Shown here: one piece after another, positions 52,567 to 64,000 of the stretch | How the letters are laid out: each line of letters opens with the position of its first letter | How positions within the stretch are numbered: position 1 is the stretch's first letter | NCBI GenBank assembly: GCA_039545335.1 | Contig: BCIN01000007.1 | Location: 868,001 to 932,000 of the forward strand | DNA length: 64,000 nt | DNA from: Kondoa subrosea | Taxonomy: Eukaryota | Direction: 5' to 3' | Program-made: the position numbers and the translations under genes | The notes under the pieces: generated by a model | The model's input: the letters and a program-made list of their open reading frames with translations, nothing else | What the model was told of the DNA's origin: nothing | Database searches by the model: none

Positions 52567-53020
52567 TGTCTGTGATTCTTTGCGATCAGAGCCTGTTCTC
52601 GGACACGACTATATGGCTGATTTGAAGGAGAATCACTGGCTTTCAAAACTCTGCCTCTGTAACTACGCTCGGTCTTGTATCTGCTTCGCTCAACCGCAGT
52701 CAATCCGCTACTCTTTGCATACGCACATCGCACCGCGTTACTCTCACTCTGAATGGAATTCCCCTGTATAGGAAATCATGTCGTACCCGTTCTCTTGTTT
52801 GCATTTCTCTGTTTCATCTTTCGTTGGTGTTGCAACCGTTCTGTACATGTCAAAGCTGAGCGTAGGTAGGCCTTTACTAGCTGTCATCAGACCATGTTCC
52901 CTTTGTTGTTGAATTCGGAAAGGCCAATGTCAGTCGATTGAACGTTCTTTCTTCTCGACCACCAGCAAGTCCGTCAATTCGTACTCTGAATCAATTTGTA
53001 TGGTCCTACGTTGGTTCCCA

Positions 53021-54088
53021 ATGCAGCCCTACATTGCTCCAAAGAAATCCACATCGACAACTCAGCTTCATACTGTTCAAGTCTTGACACCCTCGCTACA
53101 ATGGCTAAAGCCAAGAACTCTCTCAGAACATGTGGCTCAACTGACCATACCTGAACTGGCTCAGCATGAGCAAGTCACGAGCAAAGACCGAACGGAGGCC
53201 GACTCAGAGACCAAGCTTGTAAAAGCATTGAAGGAACGCAATGACTGCAATATTAACATTTACGATTTTCGAGTCAAGGATTTGAAGATCAGTGTACATC
53301 GAATTGCTGTTGTCTGAAGAATAAGCTGACTGGGCATCTTTAGAAAAGAGAGCAGGATGCCTTCTTGGGTTGGAGAGCGAAGTTTGAGACAGCTCACCCA
53401 GAGCTTCAACCCATTGTGGGTGCCTTCTCATACTACAAGCTACTAGATAATAGAAGCGAGGTCTTTAGCTTGTATCAAGAAGCATCTCCTCCAATCATGA
53501 GCAGTCACTTTTACAGCAGTATAGAGTGGCCTCCGAGCACGCGGGACCCTCAAACCAGCCACAGGTAAGTCGCTATTCGACTTCTCAGCGTAAGCTGAAT
53601 AATACCATTAGCAGCCATTAAAGCAATCTGACATCTTCTTCTATTGTGCGACTATCTTTCACATACAGAACGACCACTTTCCCACCGACAAGAGCGCTTC
53701 TTGGCTGCAGGAAGAAATTCGCCCATATACCCTGCCAGCGCCTCATAGACCAAAACATGAAAAGCACATCGTCTATGAATTAATGAAGTCAAAGGGAGGA
53801 ATAGTAACTCATTTTCGAGTCTCCCCCGTCGACTCCGACGATCACGTTCATCCTTCTTTTTCCTTCGATGTTATGCTTCGATCTCAGCCCGGTCAGAACA
53901 AGTACTGCTTTAGCTTATGCTCCGTTCGCCGTTTGGCTCAAGAGGCTCACCAAAGATACGACCGATCTGCAAAGCGGTGGGAAGCCTGCTGCGGAGGGAA
54001 AGAGACGGAAACTGTGTTTCCTGTTCTTGTCTTCGTTGGACCCGGTGGTCTGTACTTTGCATACTTCCAAGCAGAACCTCTCCTATAG
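53021..54088 (+). CDS. Hypothetical protein, multi-exon
   Basis: Consecutive + strand ORFs (53000-53317, 53365-53568, 53783-54088) with a GTAAGT...CTGAA...TAG intron; exon structure incompletely resolved. Confidence 0.4.
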
Positions 54089-54249
54089 GTAAGTTTGACA
54101 GAGCCATTGCCTCATACTGCGCACTCATTACTTTGACAGGCATATTTTGTGCAAGAGAATGACTGGTCTCAAAAGTTGTACTCCCTCTGTGTCTGTGCTT
54201 GTTACTACCTTCTTTTAGATATGTATAGAACATACATGCCGTGCACATT

Positions 54250-55567
54250 TCATTCATACTGCAACATACACTTCTCTTCCTTCCAAGCTTCCTCTTTCCC
54301 TTCTTCTATACCACAATCTCTCTCGCAGCAGAACATCCAAACCGCACTCCAAGTAATCTCCATCTCCTCTTCTTCCTTCCTCAACAACCCTTCTTTACTC
54401 AAATAGCTAACCAATTGAGGCATGAGCTGAACTTCAAAGACTCTTCCATTCCCACAATCACATTTCTCAACTTTAGTCGAATCGTACTTCTTTTTCTCAT
54501 CAAACAATTTCTTGTAACTTTCATCCACACAAAAAGGTAATGGAATTCCACCTCTTTCATACCTCAGAACTTGATCACTTAATTCTCCATCATTTTTAAC
54601 CATGACCGTATCTTGAAACTTTAGATAAACGCTATCCAAACCAGTCAAATGTTGATGCTCGTATTGTTCTCCTTGCCAACCTTTTTCAGGTTTGAGAGAA
54701 GAAGAAGAAGAAGATCTGCGGGATGAGGAAACGGTTTGAAAACCTCCTCCCGCATCGTTGTTGGGAAGGGAAGAAGGTTCTTCTACTGTTGCCAGATATT
54801 GAGCTGGTAAACGAGGAAGAGCAAATAAGTCCCAGGAAAGTCTTTCGGTAGAAGATGGTTCAGCTGGTTGCGCTGCTTCTGCTTCTGCTTCTGCTTCTGG
54901 TTCTTCCTCTGCTGAGACAGATAGCATGGAGAAGGGATTTGAAATGTCTGTGGCTGCAGAAGAGCCGAAGATCATCGAGCCGAAATCTTGCGATGCTTCA
55001 TTTGGTGAAGCACTTGCGAAGGAGAATGGATTCGTCGGCTATTCAAGATCAGTTTTGTTATAGCGCAACAGTAACAGCAATCACCTCTTCAGCTTTCTCT
55101 TTGCCTTTCTTACTAGGAAGGACACGTCTCAAAGCACGAAAAGCACGAACACTGGAGCAAATGCGGAAAAATAAATAATGCATTGAAACAATCAAGGGAA
55201 GGGCAGTAACGCACCTTCCCTCTTTCCTTTGACATTCTTTGTACACACAAGCCCAAATGTAAAGCACTCTATGCCAAAGTTCCCTTTCTGGTTCAGCTCC
55301 TTGTACTTGTTCAGTCGATAAAGGGCAATACATCTGAGCGATCAGAGGCATGGCTCGTTGACACACAAGACAATGACTGCTTGAAGTAGATGGGAGAGAA
55401 GTGAGGATGGGAGAAAAGGAAGGATAACCGCCAAGCTTGTTGCAAAAAGCAGACTCTTCTTTAGTAAGTTTGCCATCTACGAAACCGAGCGTTACGCCAG
55501 AACCGAGTTCTTCTTCATCGTCCGAATCGATATCCACAGCTGAAAAAGATACGTTCTGAAGCGGCAT
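54250..55567 (-). CDS. TSR4: PDCD2L/Tsr4-like 40S biogenesis factor
   Basis: VTLGFVDG, KLGGYP, CLVCQRAMPLIAQMYCP, RVLYIWAC, QVLRYERGGIPL, FEVQLMPQL. Confidence 0.88.
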
Positions 55568-55570
55568 GTC

Positions 55571-55909
55571 CTGTTTTCCATGCAAAACAATTAGCATCTT
55601 TGTTCCCTTGTCTATTTGCAAGATTTCGAGATTTGATGTGTCTCATGAATTAACTGAGTCACAAAAGCATCAGCGACCTGAATCCATACTGTTTTTGAAA
55701 AGAAGTTTGCTCACAACATATTTTTTTGGGCTCTCACTGAAGGGTTCAGCATGGGTCTATGAACTCCCAGCCAAAACAATTATGTTCCCTCGCGAAAGGG
55801 AACAACTCCTCGACTTCGTCATCTAATTTTTGTCAAGTTTTATAATCATTGATAGAAAGGGAAAAAGGTCTCCGCGAAAGACAGAGCGATGGAGGAAATG
55901 GATAATCAC
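55571..55909 (-). other. Long (339-nt) 5'-UTR intron of the TSR4-like gene
   Basis: CAG|GTGATT donor at 55909, GCTAAT branch near 55592, CAG acceptor at 55571 just before the ATG at 55567. Confidence 0.6.
55666..55853 (-). ncRNA. Probable intronic box C/D snoRNA, snR75/U15-like D' guide
   Basis: Box C-like ATGATTA (55843-55849), terminal CTGA (55670-55673), 13-nt AATTAGATGACGA complementary to conserved 25S rRNA UCGUCAUCUAAUU, internal hairpin GTTCCCTT-TCGC-GAGGGAAC. Confidence 0.65.
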
Positions 55910-56070
55910 CTGTTTACAGTCTAAGGCGAATGGCTTGCAGAGAGACTGAGCAGCACAAGATAGCGAGCAGAGGAAGTTTTACAAATTTGGATGTGGAACA
56001 GGACAAGAGGGAATTACCAATTTTCTCAAAGTCATCCGCTGTCGGCCTGTTACTCCCGAACAAGCTGGCC

Positions 56071-57756
56071 ATGAGCTGTAAGTGCCTTCACAGCTGTCCA
56101 AGACTCAAGCTGATGCCTTGTCTAGCACTGAAAGACTTGCTAGCTGAAATTGGCGAAGTTCGACCTGCAAACACTTTGGATCCAGAAAATGAGCTCGGTG
56201 CTGGATCTGAAGCTGAAGAAGATGCGACGAAACGAGATCATTATGTTGATGTGGGAGCCAGTCAGCTCAGAAGGAAAGCTGGAGCTTTGGATGAAGATCC
56301 GAAATATTCAGGTGTCAAAGTGAGCAGGCGTGATTTGTACGGAGATGCGTTGGAAGAGAGTCAATCGGATCAAGGAGAGGATTTGGATGAAGATGACGAA
56401 GAAAGCGAGGGATTGGAGGCAGCGAATGATCAGAAATTGGAGGAGCAAGAATCGCAACAATCTGGTTCGAGCTCTTCTGAGGCAGAAGATCTCCCTGAAG
56501 ACGTACCTATACCATCTCGAAATGATACTTTGCAAACCATAGCAGCGGAAGAACGGTCTATGATCAAACAACTCAGACAAGCTGCTTCTGTTGATCTTGA
56601 CAAGGGAAAAGACGTCAAGAAACAGTTGGTATGCATCATCGTTATTCAATATTCTTCTCTCTAATCGTAAAGATAGACAATGTGGGACACTATTGTTGAA
56701 GCGAGAATCAAGATGCAGAAACCTTTGACTATGATTAATGAGCTCACAAGGGTCAGTCTAGGCTACATGTCTTTTCGCACAGCTGATCATATCTCACAGG
56801 AACGATTGACCGCTGATGGACCCTCGGACGAACAAGCTCGATGTTTGACTGCATTGCGGAACCTCAGTGAATCGCTTTTCGAATTACGTGAGGTAAGTAG
56901 AAGCTTCTGCATTGCAGAACATAGCTCATGTACATCTGCAGGGACTCATGAAGAAAAATGCTGATCTCGAAGCGCCATCGAAAAAGAGGAGAAGGTCTGA
57001 TGATTTCGATGGCACAATAGCAGATCTACAAGCTTTATCGTCTACGTATATTCCTTCGCATCTCTGACTGACTTGCACTGTGCTAATATCTGAGTAGGTA
57101 CGAACCCTATCTGAAGGGCACAATAACGAAATGGTCAGATAAAGTTTCGGCAGCGACCAATGCCTCTTTGAAGAACCGAAACAAATTCGCGGCCAAGAAT
57201 CAAAACACCAACACTTGGTTACAAATCGAGCACGCTTTATCTACAGATGCAGAGAAGTTGTATATTCAAGCAAGAAAGAATGAGGATGGTCTGGTGGATG
57301 AGGAACGATTTGATGATGGAGAGTTCTACCAAGCTTTGTTGAAGGAGGTAGTAGAGAATCAGTTATTAGATCTAGGTGCGGATTGTTTCACTTGAGTTTA
57401 GCTCTGTGCTGATGTTAGATGGCCTCAGACGACCCATCTTTAATCGCTTTAAAAGCAGCTACGAACACAAAGAAGGCAAAGAAGGTAGTCGATACGAAAG
57501 CGTCAAAGGGCCGGAAGCTGAGGTAGGTTTGTTCCTATTCATACTCCATCTATGCTCAATACTTTGTTTCAACAGATATCATGTTCATGAAAAGCTTCAG
57601 AATTTCATGGTCCCTATACCGAACGGAACTTGGGGAGAACAGCAAGCTCAAGAACTATTCTCTTCTCTCTTTGGTCGGAGGACAGAGGAAGAGGCGGCAG
57701 TTGTGGAAATTGCTCAACCGGTCGATAATTTGGGCGGGTTGAGAATCTTTGGTTGA
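56071..57756 (+). CDS. BFR2: Bfr2/AATF small-subunit processome factor
   Basis: HYVDVGASQLRRK, DPKYSGVKVSR, FDDGEFYQALLKE, VDTKASKGRKLRYHVHEKLQNFMVP, LRIFG. Confidence 0.93.
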
Positions 57757-58074
57757 ATCCATGCGTTCATCCTTTGACTACGGCTTCGGTTTTGCGTGAG
57801 ACTTCCTTCTGCTTTTACCTTCTTTCCATTCTCTCTTCCATATCTCCTCGCTGTTTCATCTGTGTCTGTAGGATTGACATGTGCATTCATCCTTTTCTCG
57901 GCTGTCTGCAGCCTCTGGTAGAGGGAGACCCGGTCGAGACGTAATCCCGACAGCAATTGGTTTATGAGGCCTCTATATTGGGGACTGGTAATCTCTAAGT
58001 GAGGGATATTTCATGAGATGGACTACGGCAATAAACAAGGATCTATAGCGTAAGAATATACAATGTACAGGCCA

Positions 58075-59930
58075 TCACAACTTCCTCAGCTTTGGTGCAA
58101 TGTCAGACCGGTCTTGCTTCGAGAAACACATCTGCAGCATGCTGTTATAGGCCAAAGTTGTTCCCGGCTCTAATAGCCAAAGACGAATGAAGGACCGGGC
58201 AAAAGGTGAAGATTCCCAAAGATTTCCATATTGCCGCCTAATCTTGTCAGTTGCTTTGACATCGTTCGGAAGCCGTGCTTCGCCCATGAATTGGGTGCCA
58301 GTTCCGACATTACCGAGAAAGGTTTTCATCCTCGAACCATGTCTTCATCAAGTCCTGCCACAGTTCGACTAAACCGATGGAGCCAAGAGTACGGGTTTCT
58401 TCAAATCCCTTCAAACCGAAATCCTTCCAAAAATTAACATATATCGGTGGCACTAAGTTCGGTCGAAGTTGGCCAAGGGTCATGTACTGAACCGTGCGTT
58501 GCCCAGCTCCGGCAGCACCATCTTGATTGCTGTGTGCCGACTTTATGCTGTAATTCAGGATCTCTTTCTTCGCGTCTGATAGTCCGAGATATTGAAAGAT
58601 GGTGCACAGACTGGACAGATGAAGATCTGTGTCAGGAAGAGTATCAAGAGTCTCGAGAAATGCCCTTGCGGTTTCTTCGCCCCAAGGATCGGGCTGTGCG
58701 AGAAGATTGATCAAGAACGAGCGTTGCTTGATGAGTGTGTCGACAATAGTGTCAGACTTTAAAAATTGTTGATGAAGCCAGACTAGATAGGTGAGAGCTT
58801 GCTGTTTACTCTGATCGCCAATGTCTGAAGCTGGACGACTGATCGACCGGAATTCTTCCGGAAGCGAGTTCTTGAATTGCTCCAAGCTGAGCTGCGGCAC
58901 TCGTGTGTTTGGTAAATGTGACTGCATCATGGGCTGGCTGGATAAGGATGACGCCATTGAAGTCTGCCAGGCTGTAGCATTGTCCGAACGTGTCCTGTCA
59001 AGCTGTGCTTTAGCTGGAATGCGAGCATGCTGATGTCCGGGAGGCATATTTTGCGGCTGCATGGTTGCTTGAGTTGGGGCTGCTGATCTAGATATAGCAG
59101 GAGGCGAGGGTAAACCAGCAATTGTCCTAGCATCAACGGGACCTAGATTCGCACTTGATCGAGACATCGTGGCAGCAGGGCCAGTAGTATAATGCTGGTT
59201 TGGATGCTGCGCCGGACGGTTTCCTTGTTGCTCTGATATAGAAGTTGGGGGATTTGATGCAGGCACAGCACTTGGAGAAGTAGGGCGGTAAGGATTAAAC
59301 GCAACGGATGGTCCGGTTCTGTGGCCAGCAGGAAGAGCAGGAGTGACGGGAGCCTTTGCATTAGGAGGTCGGAGCTGTGTCACAGGCTGTTGCGACCTGT
59401 TTTGTAGGGGAAGAACGCTGCGTCGAGATGCTGTCGGGTCCCTCTCTAAGCCCTGCATATGCAACACGTCCTTTTGGTTCGGCAGCGGAGGTGATCGGGG
59501 CCAAGACAAAGCCCCAGTACATCCTCTTGGATCGGTATACGGCGGTATTTCGTACTCAATCGGACGCAGAATTTCAGTTTGAGTACTACCATGAGCATAT
59601 TTCCCATCGCGAATCTACAGAAGAATGCCGTCAGATGTGGCTCTACAAGATTATATAACAACTTGCCTTTTCAGACGAAGGAGTAAAAATATGCGGATGC
59701 ATCTGACGAGCTATGCTGCTCTGAGGCTTTTCGCCTGGTCGGAGATTGAGAGAGACAAAGGAGTCAGCGATGGAACGACCGCTCGTATTGCTCGAGTTAG
59801 CAGAGTACATGTCTTTCGGCGTCTGAGTCTGGGCATGTACGTGCGAATAGGCAGGCGCAGAAGAAAGAGGAGTCGTAGCTCTCGAAGGCGCGGTATGATA
59901 AGACGCTGGAGAACTTGGTCTGGTGGACAT
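58075..59930 (-). CDS. Hypothetical protein with low-complexity P/Q/S N-terminus
   Basis: 399-aa ORF 58310-59509 plus upstream exon-like ORF 59643-59930 and downstream 58075-58329; junctions unresolved. Confidence 0.5.
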
Positions 59931-60413
59931 GATAAGATCTTGGAGCTATCGAAGAAGTAGTTATTCAAAATATGAATGTGAAGCGAGAGATGATTAATAC
60001 AATCGAGAGAAGAAGAGCAAGACAAATTCAGAAAGAGGAATAGACGAGCACGGCCTTAAGGAAATCGGCCTTAACATTGCTCCGTCTGTCTTGTCAAGGG
60101 CAAAGACTAGCGCTAGATCTCTCGACTCATTCGCACTAGGGACAGATCGGCGTTCAGGATTCAGGAAGCAAACTGGTCGAGAATGGGCGCTTTGAGGATC
60201 TTCGGGTGAACCGTATCTGGATATCTGGAGATCTCAGTGACACCGCTGCTTTCCTGCTACGAGCTGAGCTACTTCTTCGCTTCTTCCTCCCTTGTCTCCA
60301 TCGGATTGACCGGCGAACGACCGATATCTCTGCTTCGAAGTTCGAGAGCTTTCCTTCTCTTTCTTCCTAACCGTCTCTGTGCAAATATATCAGCACACAC
60401 TGAGTGAGCGAGT

Positions 60414-62558
60414 ATGGATGCCGACATGTCAGAATCACACCAAATTGAGGACACAGACATGGATTCAACAGTTGAAATTCAGCCCAACGAATTTGAGATG
60501 ACTGACGTTGCGACGACGGCACAAGAGGATGCTGATGCATTGATGGAGGCAAACGATCTGATAGACGCAGAAGACGATATGCCTGTTTCAGCGCCCTCGC
60601 CGGAAATTCCGCCGGTCGATTTTCTGCCAACGTCAAGTGCTCCATCATCGAGTATGTCCATGGCTCCTACTCCTTCTTTCTCTGCAACCTCTTTCCCTTC
60701 TACTTCTCATACTGTAGTCATGGAATCTTCTCTTGCAATGCCTTCCGTTCCTACTCCGGTCCAATCGTTACCTAATTTGGAACAGCTCTCGCCCGCTGCC
60801 ACTTTCACTGAATCGCCTACCGCTGCAATGTTGGCTGCCTCTGAACCTGGATTTTCCTCTTTGCCTACACAAGAGCAGACTTTGGGCAACACTGCTCAGA
60901 CCGATCAAACCGATATAGAACAACCTGAAGCTGAAAGCACTGAAGCAGTCTCTTCTGCACCGTCCCCTAGATTTTTAGAGCAAACAGCAACAGAGCAAAC
61001 TGAGCAACAACAGCCGGAAGAAGAGTCTTCTGCACCTGATGAAGATTTGGATACTGCGACTTTAGCAGAAGATGATTCAGGCATGGAATATTTTCACATG
61101 AGCGACATAGTCGAACGACCACCAGCCCAGAAGGAACTCTTGGATCATATTGAGTTTCCGCCATCTTTGAGCAAATATCTGGTTGCACCATCGGAAGAAG
61201 AAGATGAGTTGGCGGACGGAACCGTAAGGGAAGTTGACCTAGAAGATTCAGTTCGTCGAGCTCCTCCTATCCTTCTTACTTTCCGCAATGAGTCTTTCTG
61301 GCTGTTTGGCGCATTCAAAGAATATGAGGGTGAATTGCCTACAGCTACACCTTTGTTCGAAGATGCAGCTGAACATCATCTCTACTACAATCCTTTGGAT
61401 ATGTTATTCAAGCGTTTGCACGATCATTTCCCTTCTTTCGAAGAGTCGCAAATGGAAATGATTCTGTCTGTCGAAAAGCTTGACATGACAATTTCAGAGG
61501 TAAGCTACTGTTTACTTGCTTAGAAGAACCCATTTCTGATTCCGTTTTTCAGGACAATGCTTATTCGAGTGAAGTTTCTTTGCACGATTTTGGACGCATT
61601 CATACCGGTTGTGATCAGCCTACGCCGATGCAGCTTTCTATGTCCGAATCTCCTAGGTTTATTCATCGTTTCAATGCTTTGGCCAAACATGTGGCAAAGT
61701 TCACTGCTGATGATATGCAGAGTGAGTTTAATGAGATAAAGAGATCTTGAACCCGACCTAATTTTACGTTCGTCAGATTTGTCCGATGACGGAAAGGAAG
61801 CTACTGCTGAAGAAGAAGAAGAAGAGAATGTAGTTTCGGCTAAAGCTTCTCAAGACGATGATCAAGCTGAATTAGTCGATCTTGAGAACGAGCCAGCTAC
61901 CGACTTACCAGACGATTTGGAAGATGGTGAGACTTTTGCGATTCCAGACAAGTTCGATTTAGCGGAAGAAGAAGTTGGAGAAGAAGATCAATTGGAAAGC
62001 TCACCTCGAGTTGCGTTTGAAGATGAGGCAGTTCTACCTGAGAATGCAGAGGCTACTGAACCCGTTCAAGAACCAGAGGAAGATGATTCTGAGCAAACTG
62101 AGACTTGTGAAGCAACCAAAGTCAAGGTCGAGTCGAACGAAACCACGTCAGGCGAACATGAGATTGATGAATTGGAAGAGCTTGGGGTCTCTACGAAAGC
62201 TGAGGCAACTGCAGAGAGTGCGGAACCAGAGGCAGATATTCCCACGACCGGTACTGCATCTGATCCTGTCGGTCAGTCATCCACGAGTCTTATAACGATT
62301 GATGCTCAAGCTTTCCTCCGTACAGATCTTTCTGTACCCTCTGCCTCTCCTATCTCTTCTGCTGTCTCACCTTCTAGCAAACCTGATTCCGGTCACGGCC
62401 TGAGTCCTAAGCGAGCTCGAGAGGATGCTATTCTTTTGCCGACCGATGCGCCTGATGCGACGCATGACTTGATACCTCGTGAGTCATTCGCATTGTGTCT
62501 CTGGGTGTAGCTGATATTACCTTGTACAGCAGAAGCCAAACGTGTGAGAGCGCAATAA
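60414..62558 (+). CDS. Acidic low-complexity protein with a conserved central domain (DUF2420-like)
   Basis: E/D-rich ORFs joined by clear introns; LDMTISE|DNAYSSEVSLHDF motif. Confidence 0.65.
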
Positions 62559-63079
62559 GGCTTATTTCCTTGGCTTGAGCAAAGTCCTCGCCTGAGCAAA
62601 GCTCCACTACTCTAGCTGTGATGTCCGACAATTTGTACAGCATCAATTTATCTTCTTCTATCGCGCAAGCTAACGGAAGAAGTCAAAACAAGACAAGGTA
62701 ATAGTAAGCAAGAATCGCAAGATCAACCAAAGTATCGTTCCGCCCTCGAGTAACAGCAGCCTGACATTTGCGAATTTGTTTTACTGATCTTTTCTAGCTA
62801 TCCTTACAAAAAATATGGCATCATCACTCAGCATTCAGCATTATAATGACATACTTATACCCAGACATGCATGGTTCGCCCTTCTTTTGGCTTTCTTCAT
62901 CGACGAACTTGTAAAGAGGGTACATTTTGGTATTCGCATAGGCAATTTTTGGGATTGTATCGTTTCCGCATTCAGCTTCGAAGGCTAATGGCTTGGCCAA
63001 TGTACAATACAATGAAATGTTCACACTTGCATAACAGCCCGCGACGGTACTACTTGGATGTCAAACCGGGCCACATCTA

Positions 63080-64000
63080 TCATTCGCTGCCTGAACCTGA
63101 CCGATCGCTTGCTGATCTTTGCATACACTTCGAGATAGCTCTTTTGCGCAAGTCTCCTTTCCCACGACGAGAAGAGACTGTTCTAGCCAAAGGTGGTCTT
63201 TCTTTTGGTTGACCGGACAGAGGTGAAGTCATTCGTATCGGCGGCTTTCCAGGTATTTGAGATGCTGCTACTGTCTTTTTTGACATGAGCTTTCGCAGCT
63301 ACAAAGGGGTCAGGAGAATGACAGGGAAGCAGACGCTAGCCTGACTCACATTTGAAGGAGATTGCTTTCGTGCACGCTTACTCTTCTTTGCGTGTTCTGG
63401 AGAGTTTCGAGAGAAGAATCGGATGTAGAGAAAAGTTTCAGCTGCGCCTATGAAAAGAGAAGCAGTCATAGCAAAGCAGAGTTTCTGCGTTTGACATTAG
63501 CATGAGTGGATAGAGAGACAAAGGCTGATAACGGACTGTGATAGGTGAACGATTACCTCCAGCCCACCAAGCAGCAGTAGCTACAGCCATCATTGAAGCT
63601 AGGACATTGAAAACAGCGCCCATTTCTTTCTTTGCTTGTTTCCAATCATCTTGCTCTTGTTTCGTTTGAACGGAATTTGTTTTGGTATTCGATGCGAAGA
63701 GACCTATCCGATGTGTAGGTGTACTCGTCATACGATTGTATTCCGCTTGCTCGTTGGCTTGTCGTAAAGAGTCCATATGATCTTTGAAACTCGTTGACTA
63801 AACGAAAATGAATGAGCTTCGACTAGACTCTGCATGCGGTGACGACGGACTGATGATGATGAAGAAGAGGAGTTCGAGAGAGATGTAGCACCTATTCCTT
63901 CATCGCCTTGCTTGAGTTTCGAATCTCTTAAGAGATTCGCCATTGTATATTGCAAGCCGTCTTCTACTGTACGAAGATCATGTAACCTACCGCTGATATA
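63080..64000 (-). CDS. VMA12: V-ATPase assembly factor Vma12/TMEM199 (5' part outside the window)
   Basis: YTMANLLRDSKL, LRQANEQAEYNRM, two TM helices (AVFNVLASMMAVATAAWW; LFIGAAETFLY). Confidence 0.78.

Noticed and set aside
52803..52831. Weak inverted similarity to the first exon of KEI1
   Set aside because: Short, gapped and pyrimidine-rich; likely chance.
55824..55832. AATTTTTG Sm-site-like motif suggesting a plus-strand snRNA
   Set aside because: No U1/U2/U4/U5 signature nearby. G-U pairing and rRNA complementarity favour a minus-strand snoRNA.
1..64000. CRISPR arrays, transposases, LTRs, rRNA
   Set aside because: No repeat-spacer arrays, RT/integrase/transposase motifs, long terminal repeats or extended rRNA sequence were seen.

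Overview
Gene-dense, intron-rich fungal genomic DNA. Short GT-AG introns (~45-60 nt) with CTRAC/CTRAT branch points and the gene content suggest a basidiomycete, possibly a Pucciniomycotina yeast (inference). About 30 protein genes are recognisable, including a Ubp12-like DUB, Cdc4-like F-box/WD40, DNAJC7, a hexose transporter, SRRM1, MMS19, UBC7, ARP8, two Git3-like GPCRs, TYR1, TSC13, KEI1, TSR4, BFR2 and VMA12. There are two tRNA genes and a probable intronic box C/D snoRNA. The standout is a tRNA-Leu(UAG) gene at 32201-32351. Besides a normal anticodon-loop intron, its D-arm is interrupted by a 51-nt insert with every mark of a spliceosomal (mRNA-type) intron (GTTAGC...CTAAC...pyrimidines...AAG), and removing it restores a full cloverleaf. 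Coordinates of spliced genes are manual estimates and family calls come from motif recognition, not database searches.
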